Source: Candidatus Helarchaeota archaeon
GTDB lineage: Archaea; Asgardarchaeota; Lokiarchaeia; Helarchaeales; RDOG01
DNA length: 64,000 nucleotides
NCBI GenBank assembly: GCA_019058315.1
Contig: JAHPZH010000001.1
Span: forward strand, 407,536 to 471,535
Direction: 5' to 3'
Shown: positions 39,705 to 50,311 of the stretch, one piece after another
Position numbering within the stretch: position 1 is the first letter of the stretch
How the letters are laid out: each line of letters opens with the position of its first letter
The notes under the pieces: model-generated
What the model saw: only the letters and a program-made list of their open reading frames with translations
The model's database searches: none
What the model was told of the DNA's origin: nothing
Made by a program: the position numbers and the translations under genes

Positions 39705-42527
39705 ATGACTAAAAATATCTTTGTGAAAGGTGCTAGAGAACATAATCTAAAAAATATCGACGTGGAAATACCTCGCAATAAATTAGTTGTTATTACAGGT
39801 ATTTCAGGTTCAGGAAAGTCTTCTTTAGCATTTGATACTATCTATGCAGAAGGGCAGAGAAGATATGTGGAAAGTCTTTCTGCATATGCTCGCCAATTTC
39901 TTGGAAAAATGATGAAACCAGATGTTGAGTATATCGAAGGGCTATCTCCTGCGATAGCAATCCAACAACGCCCACTTTCACACAATCCCAGAAGTACAGT
40001 GGGTACAGTAACCGAAATATTTGATTATTTAAGGTTACTTTTTGCAAGAATAGGAATCCCCCATTGTCATAATTGTGGTAAACCAATTAAACGACAAACA
40101 GTTCAAGAAATTGTTGATCAAATTTTAAATCTACCCGAACAAACTAAAATTATGGTTCTTGCCCCAGTAATTCGTGGACGAAAAGGTACTTATCAGAAAT
40201 TATTTACTGATTTAAAGAAAAAAGGTTTTGTTCGAGTTAAAGTTGATGATTCAATTTATAATTTGGATGAAAATATACCCCTAGATAAATACAAAAAACA
40301 CAATATTGACGTGATTGTCGATAGATTGGCTATCAAGTCTAAAATTAAGAAAATATTGACTGATTCAATTGAAACTGCTTTAAATTTGGCAGATAAAATT
40401 GTTAAAATCGAAGTAATAGATGAAAAATCCTCAAAAGAATTAATGTTCAGTCAACATTTTGCATGTTTAAATTGTAATCTTTCATTCGAAGAGTTAGAAC
40501 CGAGAAATTTTTCGTTTAACAGTCCATTTGGAAGTTGTCCTGTTTGTGAGGGACTTGGTAGTAGAATGGAAATTGATGCAGGTTTATTAATTCCAGATAA
40601 ATCCCTTTCAGTATATGATGGTGCTATAGCGGCTATAGGAGAATATCGAGATAATTATTATTTTCAAATGCTCGATTGTGTTGCAAATCATTATAATTTT
40701 AGCTTGGATACACCATTCCAAGAATTAGATGAGAAATTTCAAAAAATTATCCTATATGGTTCAAAAGATTCTATCAATTTCAAATTAGAAGGAAACATGA
40801 CTCATGAATATCGTAGAAGATTTGAAGGTATAATTAATGGCATGGAAAGAAGATATCGTGAAACAAAATCAGATTGGAGCAGAGCATATCATATGAAATT
40901 CATGACAAATCGGATTTGTCCTGAATGTAATGGTAAAAGGTTAAAACCTGAATCTTTAGCGGTCTTAATCAATAATAAATCAATTATGGATGTTTGCGAA
41001 TTATCTTGCACTCAGCTTCTAGAGTTTATTGAGAATCTAAAATTAACTGAACGAGAAAAAATTATCTCAAAAGAAGTTCTCAAAGAAATAAAACAAAGAT
41101 TAGAATTCTTGAAAAATGTTGGTTTAACATATTTAACTTTAGACAGAGAAGCAGGAACTCTTTCTGCTGGAGAATCTCAAAGAATTCATTTAGCAACTCA
41201 AATTGGTTCGAATCTAGTTGGAGTCCTTTATGTACTCGATGAACCAAGTATAGGTTTACATCAAAGAGATAATAAAAGATTATTAGAAACTTTAATTAAA
41301 TTACGAGATTTGGGAAATACTATTCTTGTTGTTGAACATGATCATGAAACTATTCTTACTGCAGATCATGTAATCGATCTTGGACCAGGAGCTGGAGAAC
41401 ATGGAGGTACTATAGTTGCATCGGGACCACCTGAAGTAATTATGGAAAATAAGAATTCATTAACTGGAAAATATTTAAGCGGAAAAGAAAAAATCGAGGT
41501 ACCAAAGGCACGACGGGAACCAAAAGGATGGCTTGAAATTAAAGGTGCCCAAGAACACAATCTAAAAAATATTGATGTAAAAATACCTCTTGGAACCTTT
41601 ACATGTATTACTGGAGTTAGTGGTGCCGGTAAAAGTACTCTTGTAAATGATATTCTATATAAAGTATTGGCAAAAAAAATTAATAGATCATCAGTTAAAC
41701 CCGGAAAACATTCTAAAATAACAGGAATCGAACAAATTGATAAAATTAATTTATGTGATCAATCTCCAATAGGTCGAACTCCGAGGTCTAACCCCGGAAC
41801 TTATACCAAAGTATTTGATGACATTCGAGCTTTATTTGCAAAAACCCCTGAGGCAAAAGCGAGAAGTTATAAACCTGGACGATTCAGTTTTAATGTTCGA
41901 GGAGGTAGATGTGAAGCTTGTCAAGGTTATGGCTTGGTAAGAATTGATATGTTTTTTCTTCCTCCTGTATATGTTCCCTGTGAAATCTGTAAAGGTGCTC
42001 GTTTTAATAGACAAACTTTAGAAATAAAATATAAAGGAAAGACGATAGAAGAGGTTCTAAATATGTCTGTAGAAGAAGGTCTAAAATTTTTTGAGAATAT
42101 CCCCAAAATTAAACGTAAACTCAAAATGTTATTTGATGTTGGGCTTGGATATATTAAAATTGGCCAATCCTCACCTACACTTAGTGGAGGAGAAGCACAA
42201 AGAATAAAGTTGGCTAGAGAATTAAGTAAGAAATCCACTGGTAATACTTTCTATATTCTTGATGAACCCACCACTGGTCTCTCTACGTATGATATTAAAA
42301 AACTTTTGAGTGTTTTACAAAGATTAATAGAAAAAGGAGAATGTAATTCTGTTCTGATTATTGAACATAATATGGATGTTATCAAATGTGCTGACTATAT
42401 AATTGATCTTGGACCTGAAGGTGGCGAAAATGGGGGAGAAATTGTTGCTGAGGGATCTCCAGAAAAAATTATTAAAAATGGAGAATCATATACTGGAGAA
42501 TTTCTAAAAGAGTATTTGAATAATTAG
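39705..42527 (+). CDS. uvrA: Excinuclease ABC subunit A
   Basis: [33 protein letters not shown], two ABC modules, Zn fingers, LSGGEAQR. Confidence 0.98.
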   Translation: MTKNIFVKGAREHNLKNIDVEIPRNKLVVITGISGSGKSSLAFDTIYAEGQRRYVESLSAYARQFLGKMMKPDVEYIEGLSPAIAIQQRPLSHNPRSTVGTVTEIFDYLRLLFARIGIPHCHNCGKPIKRQTVQEIVDQILNLPEQTKIMVLAPVIRGRKGTYQKLFTDLKKKGFVRVKVDDSIYNLDENIPLDKYKKHNIDVIVDRLAIKSKIKKILTDSIETALNLADKIVKIEVIDEKSSKELMFSQHFACLNCNLSFEELEPRNFSFNSPFGSCPVCEGLGSRMEIDAGLLIPDKSLSVYDGAIAAIGEYRDNYYFQMLDCVANHYNFSLDTPFQELDEKFQKIILYGSKDSINFKLEGNMTHEYRRRFEGIINGMERRYRETKSDWSRAYHMKFMTNRICPECNGKRLKPESLAVLINNKSIMDVCELSCTQLLEFIENLKLTEREKIISKEVLKEIKQRLEFLKNVGLTYLTLDREAGTLSAGESQRIHLATQIGSNLVGVLYVLDEPSIGLHQRDNKRLLETLIKLRDLGNTILVVEHDHETILTADHVIDLGPGAGEHGGTIVASGPPEVIMENKNSLTGKYLSGKEKIEVPKARREPKGWLEIKGAQEHNLKNIDVKIPLGTFTCITGVSGAGKSTLVNDILYKVLAKKINRSSVKPGKHSKITGIEQIDKINLCDQSPIGRTPRSNPGTYTKVFDDIRALFAKTPEAKARSYKPGRFSFNVRGGRCEACQGYGLVRIDMFFLPPVYVPCEICKGARFNRQTLEIKYKGKTIEEVLNMSVEEGLKFFENIPKIKRKLKMLFDVGLGYIKIGQSSPTLSGGEAQRIKLARELSKKSTGNTFYILDEPTTGLSTYDIKKLLSVLQRLIEKGECNSVLIIEHNMDVIKCADYIIDLGPEGGENGGEIVAEGSPEKIIKNGESYTGEFLKEYLNN

Positions 42528-42533
42528 ACCAAC

Positions 42534-42559
42534 TTTAGAAGATTTCCCAGCAAATCTTC
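42534..42559. repeat. 26-bp imperfect direct repeat, copy 1 (perfect 8-bp hairpin gaagattt/aaatcttc)
   Basis: tttagaagatttcccagcaaatcttc; 22/26 match to 43363..43388. Confidence 0.6.
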
Positions 42560-42674
42560 GCGCCAGAGTTATCTAATCTCAAAAAAGTGAAATTTGTGCA
42601 TTTTAAACAATAAAATATTAAAATAAATTAGAACATATTATAAACAATATATTTGAATTATTGGAGAATTCTCT

Positions 42675-43367
42675 TTGACTATCGAAATTAGGTTATCTGG
42701 CTTTCTCTATCTGGTTATCTTGGTTTTACAAATTGTAATGGCAGAGTTTGGTTATATATTAGAACCAAAGCCAAAGCATTATGACTCAGACGCTCAGTTA
42801 CCAAAGATTAATAAAAATCCAAAAAAATTTAAAATAAGCATCATATTAGCGCTTATAGAACATTTTAGCGTCATTATATTAGCTATAATGTTGTTTATTA
42901 CTTTTAATCCTTATAATATAATACTTGGAATCGTTTGGACCATCTTTCGATTAGCAGAAGGTTCGATCCAAGTCTATATTGAAAAGGACTACTGGGGAGT
43001 TCTCAATATAGCTAGACAATACCGAGTTGCTAGTGGTACGGAAAAAGATTCATTGAGTGATTCATATCGCAACATTCTTCAAACAAAAAGCTCTAGATTC
43101 GCATTTGGAATGATCTGTTGGGGCATTGGTACACTTGCATATTCAATCATGCTTGTTACCTATGAAGTAGTACCCCTAATTATAGGATGGTTAGGAATTG
43201 TTGCCAGCATTCCCATTGGCTTGGTTAATGGGATAAAACTTATAAAATCTAACTTTAAAGGCTATGAAGTTCTATCTTCCATCAGTGGTCTATTGGCAAT
43301 TATATTTGAAATAATCATCGGAGTATGGTTATTATTTTTTCAAAGGACTCAAAACCTATTTTTTTAG
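42675..43367 (+). CDS. DUF4386-family membrane protein
   Basis: R.SGFLYL, FR.AEG, VP..IGWLG..AS, FE.IIG.WL. Confidence 0.8.
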   Translation: MTIEIRLSGFLYLVILVLQIVMAEFGYILEPKPKHYDSDAQLPKINKNPKKFKISIILALIEHFSVIILAIMLFITFNPYNIILGIVWTIFRLAEGSIQVYIEKDYWGVLNIARQYRVASGTEKDSLSDSYRNILQTKSSRFAFGMICWGIGTLAYSIMLVTYEVVPLIIGWLGIVASIPIGLVNGIKLIKSNFKGYEVLSSISGLLAIIFEIIIGVWLLFFQRTQNLFF

Positions 43368-43388
43368 AAGATTTTCCAAGAAATTTTC
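43363..43388. repeat. 26-bp imperfect direct repeat, copy 2
   Basis: tttagaagattttccaagaaattttc; overlaps the DUF4386 stop codon. Confidence 0.6.
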
Positions 43389-43419
43389 AAAATAAATAAG
43401 CCTGGCAGATTTATATAAT

Positions 43420-43779
43420 TTAAATCTCACCAATAGTTCCAATATTCAATTTATTTTTCCTAAAATATTTTTCTATTTTTCTTGCGAGTTTTTTATATGT
43501 TTTTCCACGATATTTTATCTCATAACTATGTACTTCATAATTAAAGAGTATCATGATACCATATGTCTTATTTAACGGGTCTTTATATTTAATTAAGATT
43601 TCATTTTGCCCAACTTTTACCATCCGCTTAATTTTAGTCCTAGCTTGAGAGATTACAACCCCAAATTCTCCCTTATATAATGCGTCAACAAAATTTTTAA
43701 CAAATTCTTCCAATTGTGTCAACTGCGATAATATTGATAATATTGAAAACGTTTTATTGAAATAAATATCATAAGTCAA
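43420..43779 (-). CDS. Hypothetical protein
   Basis: 119-aa ORF filling the gap between two + strand genes. Confidence 0.55.
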   Translation of the reverse strand: MTYDIYFNKTFSILSILSQLTQLEEFVKNFVDALYKGEFGVVISQARTKIKRMVKVGQNEILIKYKDPLNKTYGIMILFNYEVHSYEIKYRGKTYKKLARKIEKYFRKNKLNIGTIGEI

Positions 43780-43882
43780 ATATCGATTTTAGACTTATTA
43801 TTTTAAAACCTTTAATGGTGTTTATTTATCAGTTAACGATTAGATTTAATTTAATTCACTCCGCTTTTTGGAAGTTTAATTT

Positions 43883-45133
43883 TTGGGAATCTACAAATTA
43901 AAATGTTTATCTTGTAATCGAATTCTAGAAGATGATTATACTCTTAAATGTAATAGTTGTGATGCATTAATAAGGACAGAATATGAAAAAAAACAATTAG
44001 AATTAAGAAATGATCTCCCAGGTATATGGAAATATATAGATTGGCTTCCGGTAAGTGACTATTTCGAAACTGATTCTTCGATAAAAACATATAAGAGCGA
44101 AGCATTAGCAAAAGAACTTGGTTTATCCAATTTATATATTTCATGTGCTGGATACTTTCCTGAGATTGGCGTTAAAAACAAAGCTTGCTCATTTAAAGAA
44201 CTAGAGTCAGTTCCTACTTATCAACGGATGAAAGAAAAAAAGAAAAAAGGTGTTATTTTAGCCTCTGCTGGAAATACTGGCATTAGTTTTGCCTATATGT
44301 CTAAAATAACAAAAATTCCGGCTATAATTGTAATTCCTGAATCCGCCAAACTTTTAGTTCCTTATCCTGAAATAGATACTGTTGTATTAATAGCAGTTAA
44401 AGGTAATGATTATTTTAATGCTATTCATTTAGCATCAAGGATTAATAAAGAAGGATTTGTTCCTGAGGGTGGTGCAAGAAACATAGCTCGAAGGGATGGA
44501 ATGGCATTGGTTATGATAGATGCTGCGTTTACTTTAAAAACACTTCCAGACCATTATTTCCAAGCTGTTGGAAGCGGTACTGGAGCTGTCAGCGTCTGGG
44601 AAGCCACTCTACGTCTTCTTGATGATGGAAGGTTTGGAAAGAAAAAAATCAAACTACATGTATCACAAAACCATCCCTTCAATCCGATCCATAATGCTTG
44701 GGCCAGAAAAGCAAAAGAAATAGATATAGATAAAGATATGTTGAATGCTTTTGAAAATATAAGTAAGGTTAAAGCTACGATGTTGACTAATAGAAAGCCT
44801 CCTTATTCTATTGTAGGTGGAGTATATGATGCTTTAATTGATACCAATGGGGAAACTTATGCAGTTACCAATAAAGAGATAGATTCTGCTGCTAAACTAT
44901 TTTATGAATTAGAAGGTATTGATATTCCAGCCGAGCCTGCAGTTGCAGTAGGGTCTTTAATACAAGCAATTGAGCAAAAAAAGGTTAATCTTTCCGATAA
45001 AATTCTACTTAATTTAACCGCTGCTGGATTTGAGAGACTTAAAAAAGATCATGGTTTATACCCATTAAAACCAACATATGTAGCAAAAAATGAGCATATT
45101 CCAATTGAAGAACTACCTCTAAATGATTTATAG
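43883..45133 (+). CDS. Cysteate synthase (PLP, threonine-synthase family)
   Basis: CSFKELE, ASAGNTG, EGGARNIARRDGM, DHYFQAVGSGTG, LTNRKPPY. Adjacent to comDE. Confidence 0.9.
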   Translation: MGIYKLKCLSCNRILEDDYTLKCNSCDALIRTEYEKKQLELRNDLPGIWKYIDWLPVSDYFETDSSIKTYKSEALAKELGLSNLYISCAGYFPEIGVKNKACSFKELESVPTYQRMKEKKKKGVILASAGNTGISFAYMSKITKIPAIIVIPESAKLLVPYPEIDTVVLIAVKGNDYFNAIHLASRINKEGFVPEGGARNIARRDGMALVMIDAAFTLKTLPDHYFQAVGSGTGAVSVWEATLRLLDDGRFGKKKIKLHVSQNHPFNPIHNAWARKAKEIDIDKDMLNAFENISKVKATMLTNRKPPYSIVGGVYDALIDTNGETYAVTNKEIDSAAKLFYELEGIDIPAEPAVAVGSLIQAIEQKKVNLSDKILLNLTAAGFERLKKDHGLYPLKPTYVAKNEHIPIEELPLNDL

Positions 45134-45145
45134 GATTTTAAAAAT

Positions 45146-46279
45146 ATGGAACCAGAATTGGAAATTATTGAAATATTAAAGAAAAACCAAATAGATCTCG
45201 CTCTTTCTGTTCCTTGTGCAAAAATAAAAAATTTACTCATTTTAATATCCAAAGAATTTAAGCATATCCCACTAACCAGGGAAGAAGAGGGGGTTGGAAC
45301 TGCTGCTGGTGCTTATTTAGCTGGTCTAAAACCTGTATTATTAATTCAATCTGGAGGAATTGGTAATTCTATAAATGCACTTATGTCATTATCCAAAGCT
45401 TATAGTCTACCCTTACCTATTATAATATCTTGGAGAGGAATACATAAAGAAAAAATTGAAGCACAAAAACCTATGGGTCAACATCTAATTAGAATATTAG
45501 AAGGTTGTGAAATACCTTATCTAAAAGTGGAAACCCCTAAAGATATAGAGAAAATAGATCAAGCAATTAAAGATAGTTTTAAAATTGAAACTCCTTATGC
45601 AATATTATTATCTCCAAGAATTTGGGAATCTAGCAAATTAAAACCTCAGACCATTGAATATCCGAAAAGAACTTCTGCTCTCTCTCTCACTTATAATAAA
45701 ATCTTAAGACCACCGACTTTAACTCGATATGAGGCTATTCAAACTCTCGTGCCTTATCTAAAGGATAAAATTATAATTTCAAATATTGGAATCCCAAGCA
45801 AAGAATTATATCATCTTCTCGAACAACCCTCAAACTTTTATATGCTCGGAAGTCTTGGTATGGCATCATCAATTGGTCTCGGTGTAGCATTAGGAACCTC
45901 GAAAAAAGAAATAATTGTTCTTGATGGTGATGGAAGTCTGTTATATAATCCAAATGCTTTATGTATGATTGGAAATTTAAGTCCCAAAAATCTTACAATA
46001 ATAGCCTTGGATAATGGTACGCATGGTTCAACTGGTGATCAAATTACTGCTGCATATAATCAAGTAGATTTAGAATTACTAGCAAGAAGTTTTGGAATAA
46101 AAAATACTGCAAAAGTCTATATTAAAGATGAAATAACAATTATGATCGAAACATTACAACTAGGTCCTCGATTTATTCATGCCATCCTAAAACCAGGAAG
46201 AATGGATGTAAAAAATATTCCTTTATCACCTGAGACTATTAAAAAAAGATTTATGGACTATTTACGGATGCATGGTTAA
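45146..46279 (+). CDS. comDE: Fused sulfopyruvate decarboxylase alpha/beta
   Basis: SVPC, LTREEEGVG..AGAYL, GIGNSINAL, SWRG..E.I.AQ.PMG; NIG.PSKEL, NFYMLGS.G, DGDGS, DNG.HGSTG.Q. Confidence 0.93.
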   Translation: MEPELEIIEILKKNQIDLALSVPCAKIKNLLILISKEFKHIPLTREEEGVGTAAGAYLAGLKPVLLIQSGGIGNSINALMSLSKAYSLPLPIIISWRGIHKEKIEAQKPMGQHLIRILEGCEIPYLKVETPKDIEKIDQAIKDSFKIETPYAILLSPRIWESSKLKPQTIEYPKRTSALSLTYNKILRPPTLTRYEAIQTLVPYLKDKIIISNIGIPSKELYHLLEQPSNFYMLGSLGMASSIGLGVALGTSKKEIIVLDGDGSLLYNPNALCMIGNLSPKNLTIIALDNGTHGSTGDQITAAYNQVDLELLARSFGIKNTAKVYIKDEITIMIETLQLGPRFIHAILKPGRMDVKNIPLSPETIKKRFMDYLRMHG

Positions 46280-46282
46280 AAG

Positions 46283-46909
46283 ATGGAAAAAGAAAAAATT
46301 AAAAAAAATGATTTTATTAAAGAAATATTTAAAGACCCTCGAATTCCGGAAGAATTGGGCATAAATAGATGTATACAATGCGGAAATTGTTCAGCTTCAT
46401 GTCCTGCAGCTAGACATTCATCATATAGACCTAGAAAGATTATGCAAGAAATCCTTCTTGGAGCAAGGAATAATTTACTTGAAAATGAAGATATTTGGTT
46501 ATGTTATTCTTGTTTTTCATGTAATCTAAGATGCCCTAGAAATAATAATCCTGGCGTTATAATTCATGTTCTTAGACAATTAGCCTTAAAAGAAGGCCAT
46601 GGTTGGGAAAAAGTCGTTAAATTTAAATTTTATTTAGAAAGTCTACGAGATTCAGGTATAGGATGGTCTACCAAAGCTCAAACTATCGAATATTTTAAAG
46701 AATTAGAAAATGATTGGGTCGAAATCATAAAAAATATGCCTGAAGTTTTAAAAGAATTAAGTATGAATCCAAATAGTCCACGCGAATTGCCAAAAGAAGC
46801 AAGAGATCAAATAAAGAAAATTTTAGAATTAGCAAATATCAATGAGGATATTTCGGAATTTGAGGAGAAAGAAGAGAAAATTCAAAAACAGAAAAATGAA
46901 GAAAAATAG
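46283..46909 (+). CDS. hdrC: Heterodisulfide reductase subunit C
   Basis: CIQCGNCSASCP and WLCYSCFSCNLRCPR. Confidence 0.9.
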   Translation: MEKEKIKKNDFIKEIFKDPRIPEELGINRCIQCGNCSASCPAARHSSYRPRKIMQEILLGARNNLLENEDIWLCYSCFSCNLRCPRNNNPGVIIHVLRQLALKEGHGWEKVVKFKFYLESLRDSGIGWSTKAQTIEYFKELENDWVEIIKNMPEVLKELSMNPNSPRELPKEARDQIKKILELANINEDISEFEEKEEKIQKQKNEEK

Positions 46910-46918
46910 GTATATAAA

Positions 46919-47857
46919 ATGGAAAAATTAATTCCCGATAAAGGTTACTATTTATTTAAAAGTTGTATGTTAGGATTAGAATATCCGGGGGCAGAAGAAT
47001 CTGTAAGATTCATTTATAAAAAATTAAATCTTGATTTTTTCGATGATCCCAGACAAAGTTGTTGTAGTGGTATGGGTATTAATCTCGATTTAGTATCTCC
47101 TTTAATAACAACTGTTTTAGCGGCGAGAAATTTTACATTGGCAAATCAATCAAATCATCCTTATATGACTACACTATGTTCTACTTGTTATGGAGTACTA
47201 AAAGAATCCTGTGAATGGATAGAAAAAGATATAAAATTAAAGAATAAGGTTGAGGAGATATTACAAAAAGCTAATTTGAATTTTAGAATGGAATATATGA
47301 AGCCTGAGAATGTATTTCACGCAATCGAAATATTTTATAAGTGGCGAGACAAAATTTCAGAACTTGTTAAATTAGATTTTAGTGGTATTAAAATTGCTAC
47401 ACATCATGGCTGTCATTTTTTCAAATTATTTCCTGATCAAGTAAAAGGAGATCCAGAAAATCTAACAATTATGGATGAATTGGTAAAATCTGTTGGTGCT
47501 GATTTAATAGTTTGGTATCCTGAAAAAAATTCATGTTGTGGTTCTGGCTTTCGCCACCGAATTATGAAAACCGAACTTGCTAATAATGCAGGTTTTGATA
47601 AATTAAAATCTGTAAAAAATGCAGGCGCAGAGATCTTGGTTAATATGTGTCCAATGTGCCACTTTCAATTTGATAGATATGAAAAAATCTATGAACAATT
47701 AAAAAATAAGGAATTGGGATTAATTCATTTGAATATTGCACAACTTATAGCTCTTGCATTAGGAGCAGATCCATATAAAATTGTTGGAATCCAAACACAT
47801 TCTATAAAGGTTGAACCTTTATTAAAAAAACTCGATATATTAATTAAGAATAAATGA
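46919..47857 (+). CDS. hdrB: Heterodisulfide reductase subunit B
   Basis: Two CCG domains: SC..CCSG..CSTC and HHGCH..CCGSG..CPMCHFQFD. Confidence 0.93.
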   Translation: MEKLIPDKGYYLFKSCMLGLEYPGAEESVRFIYKKLNLDFFDDPRQSCCSGMGINLDLVSPLITTVLAARNFTLANQSNHPYMTTLCSTCYGVLKESCEWIEKDIKLKNKVEEILQKANLNFRMEYMKPENVFHAIEIFYKWRDKISELVKLDFSGIKIATHHGCHFFKLFPDQVKGDPENLTIMDELVKSVGADLIVWYPEKNSCCGSGFRHRIMKTELANNAGFDKLKSVKNAGAEILVNMCPMCHFQFDRYEKIYEQLKNKELGLIHLNIAQLIALALGADPYKIVGIQTHSIKVEPLLKKLDILIKNK

Positions 47858-47873
47858 TTAGAAAGTTATTACC

Positions 47874-50222
47874 ATGTTTGAAATTTCCCCTCGTGTTGGT
47901 GTTTTCATTTGTAGATGTGGTCGAAACATAGCTGAAATTATTAATTTAGATGAGGTTATTCAGGAAATTAAGAAAGTTAAAGATGTAGTTTGTGTTGAGA
48001 CCAATACATTTATGTGTTCACTTCCTGGTCAAAGTCTTTTACAGAAAAAAATAATGGAATTAAGTTTAAATAGAATAGTGATTGCTGCTTGTAGTCTAAA
48101 AGTTCATAAAACTATGTTTGAAACCGTTCTAGAAAATGCACGTTTAAATCCTTATTTACTTGAAATCGCAAATATTCGTGAACAAGATTCGTGGGTGCAT
48201 CAAACAAACTCGAAAGAAGCAACTCAAAAAGCTATCTCCTTGATAAAAGGTGCTATTCATAAAGCAAGATATCTACAAAGTTTAGAAAATATACGGCAAC
48301 CAGTAAAGAAAAATGTGTTAGTCGTAGGTGGTGGGATTGCAGGGATATCTGCTTCAATATCATTAGCAAGAAGCGGGTATAATGTCTTTTTAGTAGAAAA
48401 AGATGTTACGATAGGTGGTAATATGGTAAAGTTAGTTAAGACTTACCCAGATGAAGAATGTGCGATGTGTACAATTTCTCCCTTGATGACAGAAATAGCT
48501 CAAAATCCCAATATAACACTCTATACAGGAGCTGAATTAAAAGAATGGACAGGTTCTGTGGGCAATTTTAATGTAATAATTCAACATAATCCAAGATATG
48601 TAGATATAAATAAGTGTCTTGCATGTGGAAATTGTGAAGTAGTTTGTCCAACAACAGTCACAGATGAATGGAATTGTAATTTAGGTACCAGAAAAGCTAT
48701 TTATAGAAGTTTCCCAGAAGCAGTTCCAAATGCATTTGCTATTGATGAAAAAAATTGTTTATTTTTAAAAAGTTCGAGAGAATCTAAAGTTTGTCAAAAA
48801 TGTGTTGATGTTTGTTCTGGTCATGCAATTAATTTTAATGAAAAACCAACGACGACAACTCTTGAAGTGGGATCCATTATTGTAACTACAGGACATAAAG
48901 ATTATGATCCCAGTTTAAAACCAAATTTAGGATATAACCGATACAAAGATGTAATAACTATAATGCAATGTGCTCGATTATTAGATATTAATGGACCTAC
49001 AAAGGGAATATTTAAACGCCCTTCAGATAATCAAATACCTAAAAGAGTAGTTTTTCTTCAATGTGTAGGTTCTCGAGATGAAAAACCATCTGGACATAAA
49101 TATTGTTCCAAAATTTGTTGTATGTCCGCTTTAAAGTATGCGAGTATGATTAAAAAAGGCTATAATACTGATGTTGTAATTAGTTATACCGATATAAGAG
49201 CCACAGGATTTAATGAAAATTATTATAGATATGTTCAGGATTTAGGAGTTCGATTTATAAGAGGTAAAGTTTCGGACGTATATAAAGAGAATGGAAGTTT
49301 GACAGTAAGATTAGAAGACACTTTATCTGGCAAAATGTTGGAATTAGAGACGGATTTGATTGTCTTATCCACAGCATTAGAACCTTCATTAGGCACCGTT
49401 GAAATTGCAAAAAATTTAGGTCTATTAACAACAGAAGACAGTTTTGTTAAAGAAGATCATTTGAAACTACGCCCAATAAATACTAGTATCCAAGGTATTT
49501 TTGCAGCAGGAACTGCTCTGGGACCTAAGGACATAGCAGAATCTGTTTCACAAGCAAGTGGTGCCGCTAGTAAAGTAGAGGAAATCCTAAGAAAAGGTAT
49601 TATTGAAATTCCTCCCGAAATAGCCTTTGTCCACCCTGAAAAATGTACTGGTTGTGGTAGATGTATCGAAATATGTCCCTATCAAGCAATTGAAAAAATA
49701 AATGAAATAATTTATATCAAACCTCTCGTTTGCACTGGTTGTGGTGCATGTGTTCCTGAATGCCCCGAGAACGCTTTAGATCTAACACATTTAACCGAAA
49801 GGCAACTTTTATCTCAAATTGATGGGATTCTATCTGATAATACCATGAAACCAATTATCCTTGCATTTTTAGAAAGTAGCATGGCTTATAGTGCAGCAGA
49901 TAATGCTGGAATAAAAAAAATCCAATATCCTCCTAATATAAGAATAATAGCAGTCCCTTCTACAGCCTATATTAAATTAGAACATATTCTTTATGCATTC
50001 GAAAAAGGAGCGGACGGCATCTTATTAGGCGAAGGTCCTGAAGAAGGACCTGTGGGTAAAGTTATCCCAATTATGGATGAAAGAATTAAAAAATATGCCA
50101 AAAAATTGGAGGAAAAAGGAATAGATCCATTCAAATTATGGTTTAACAAAATATATATAACAGAAGGGGAGAAGCTAGTTGATCTTTTTAAAACCTTTAC
50201 AGATTCATTGGATGAGGATTAA
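47874..50222 (+). CDS. hdrA: Heterodisulfide reductase subunit A with C-terminal MvhD-like domain
   Basis: RVGVFICRCG, NIREQ.SWVH, VVGGGIAG, QCVGSRD..YCSKICC, ferredoxin motifs, YPPNIRII..AFEKGADG. Confidence 0.95.
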   Translation: MFEISPRVGVFICRCGRNIAEIINLDEVIQEIKKVKDVVCVETNTFMCSLPGQSLLQKKIMELSLNRIVIAACSLKVHKTMFETVLENARLNPYLLEIANIREQDSWVHQTNSKEATQKAISLIKGAIHKARYLQSLENIRQPVKKNVLVVGGGIAGISASISLARSGYNVFLVEKDVTIGGNMVKLVKTYPDEECAMCTISPLMTEIAQNPNITLYTGAELKEWTGSVGNFNVIIQHNPRYVDINKCLACGNCEVVCPTTVTDEWNCNLGTRKAIYRSFPEAVPNAFAIDEKNCLFLKSSRESKVCQKCVDVCSGHAINFNEKPTTTTLEVGSIIVTTGHKDYDPSLKPNLGYNRYKDVITIMQCARLLDINGPTKGIFKRPSDNQIPKRVVFLQCVGSRDEKPSGHKYCSKICCMSALKYASMIKKGYNTDVVISYTDIRATGFNENYYRYVQDLGVRFIRGKVSDVYKENGSLTVRLEDTLSGKMLELETDLIVLSTALEPSLGTVEIAKNLGLLTTEDSFVKEDHLKLRPINTSIQGIFAAGTALGPKDIAESVSQASGAASKVEEILRKGIIEIPPEIAFVHPEKCTGCGRCIEICPYQAIEKINEIIYIKPLVCTGCGACVPECPENALDLTHLTERQLLSQIDGILSDNTMKPIILAFLESSMAYSAADNAGIKKIQYPPNIRIIAVPSTAYIKLEHILYAFEKGADGILLGEGPEEGPVGKVIPIMDERIKKYAKKLEEKGIDPFKLWFNKIYITEGEKLVDLFKTFTDSLDED

Positions 50223-50311
50223 ATAATTTTTTAAACTAATTTTTAAACCATAAAAACTTAAGAAGATTGTATTCTAATTATTACCAAATTTTTATTAAAA
50301 TGTGATAAAAG

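Noticed and set aside
43883-45133. Threonine synthase call
   Set aside because: The EGGARNIARRDG motif and adjacency to comDE favour cysteate synthase.
47874-50222. Selenocysteine recoding in Hdr or other genes
   Set aside because: The hdr frames are uninterrupted. The TGA-ending ORFs I checked (1783, 34740) hit another stop within a few codons.
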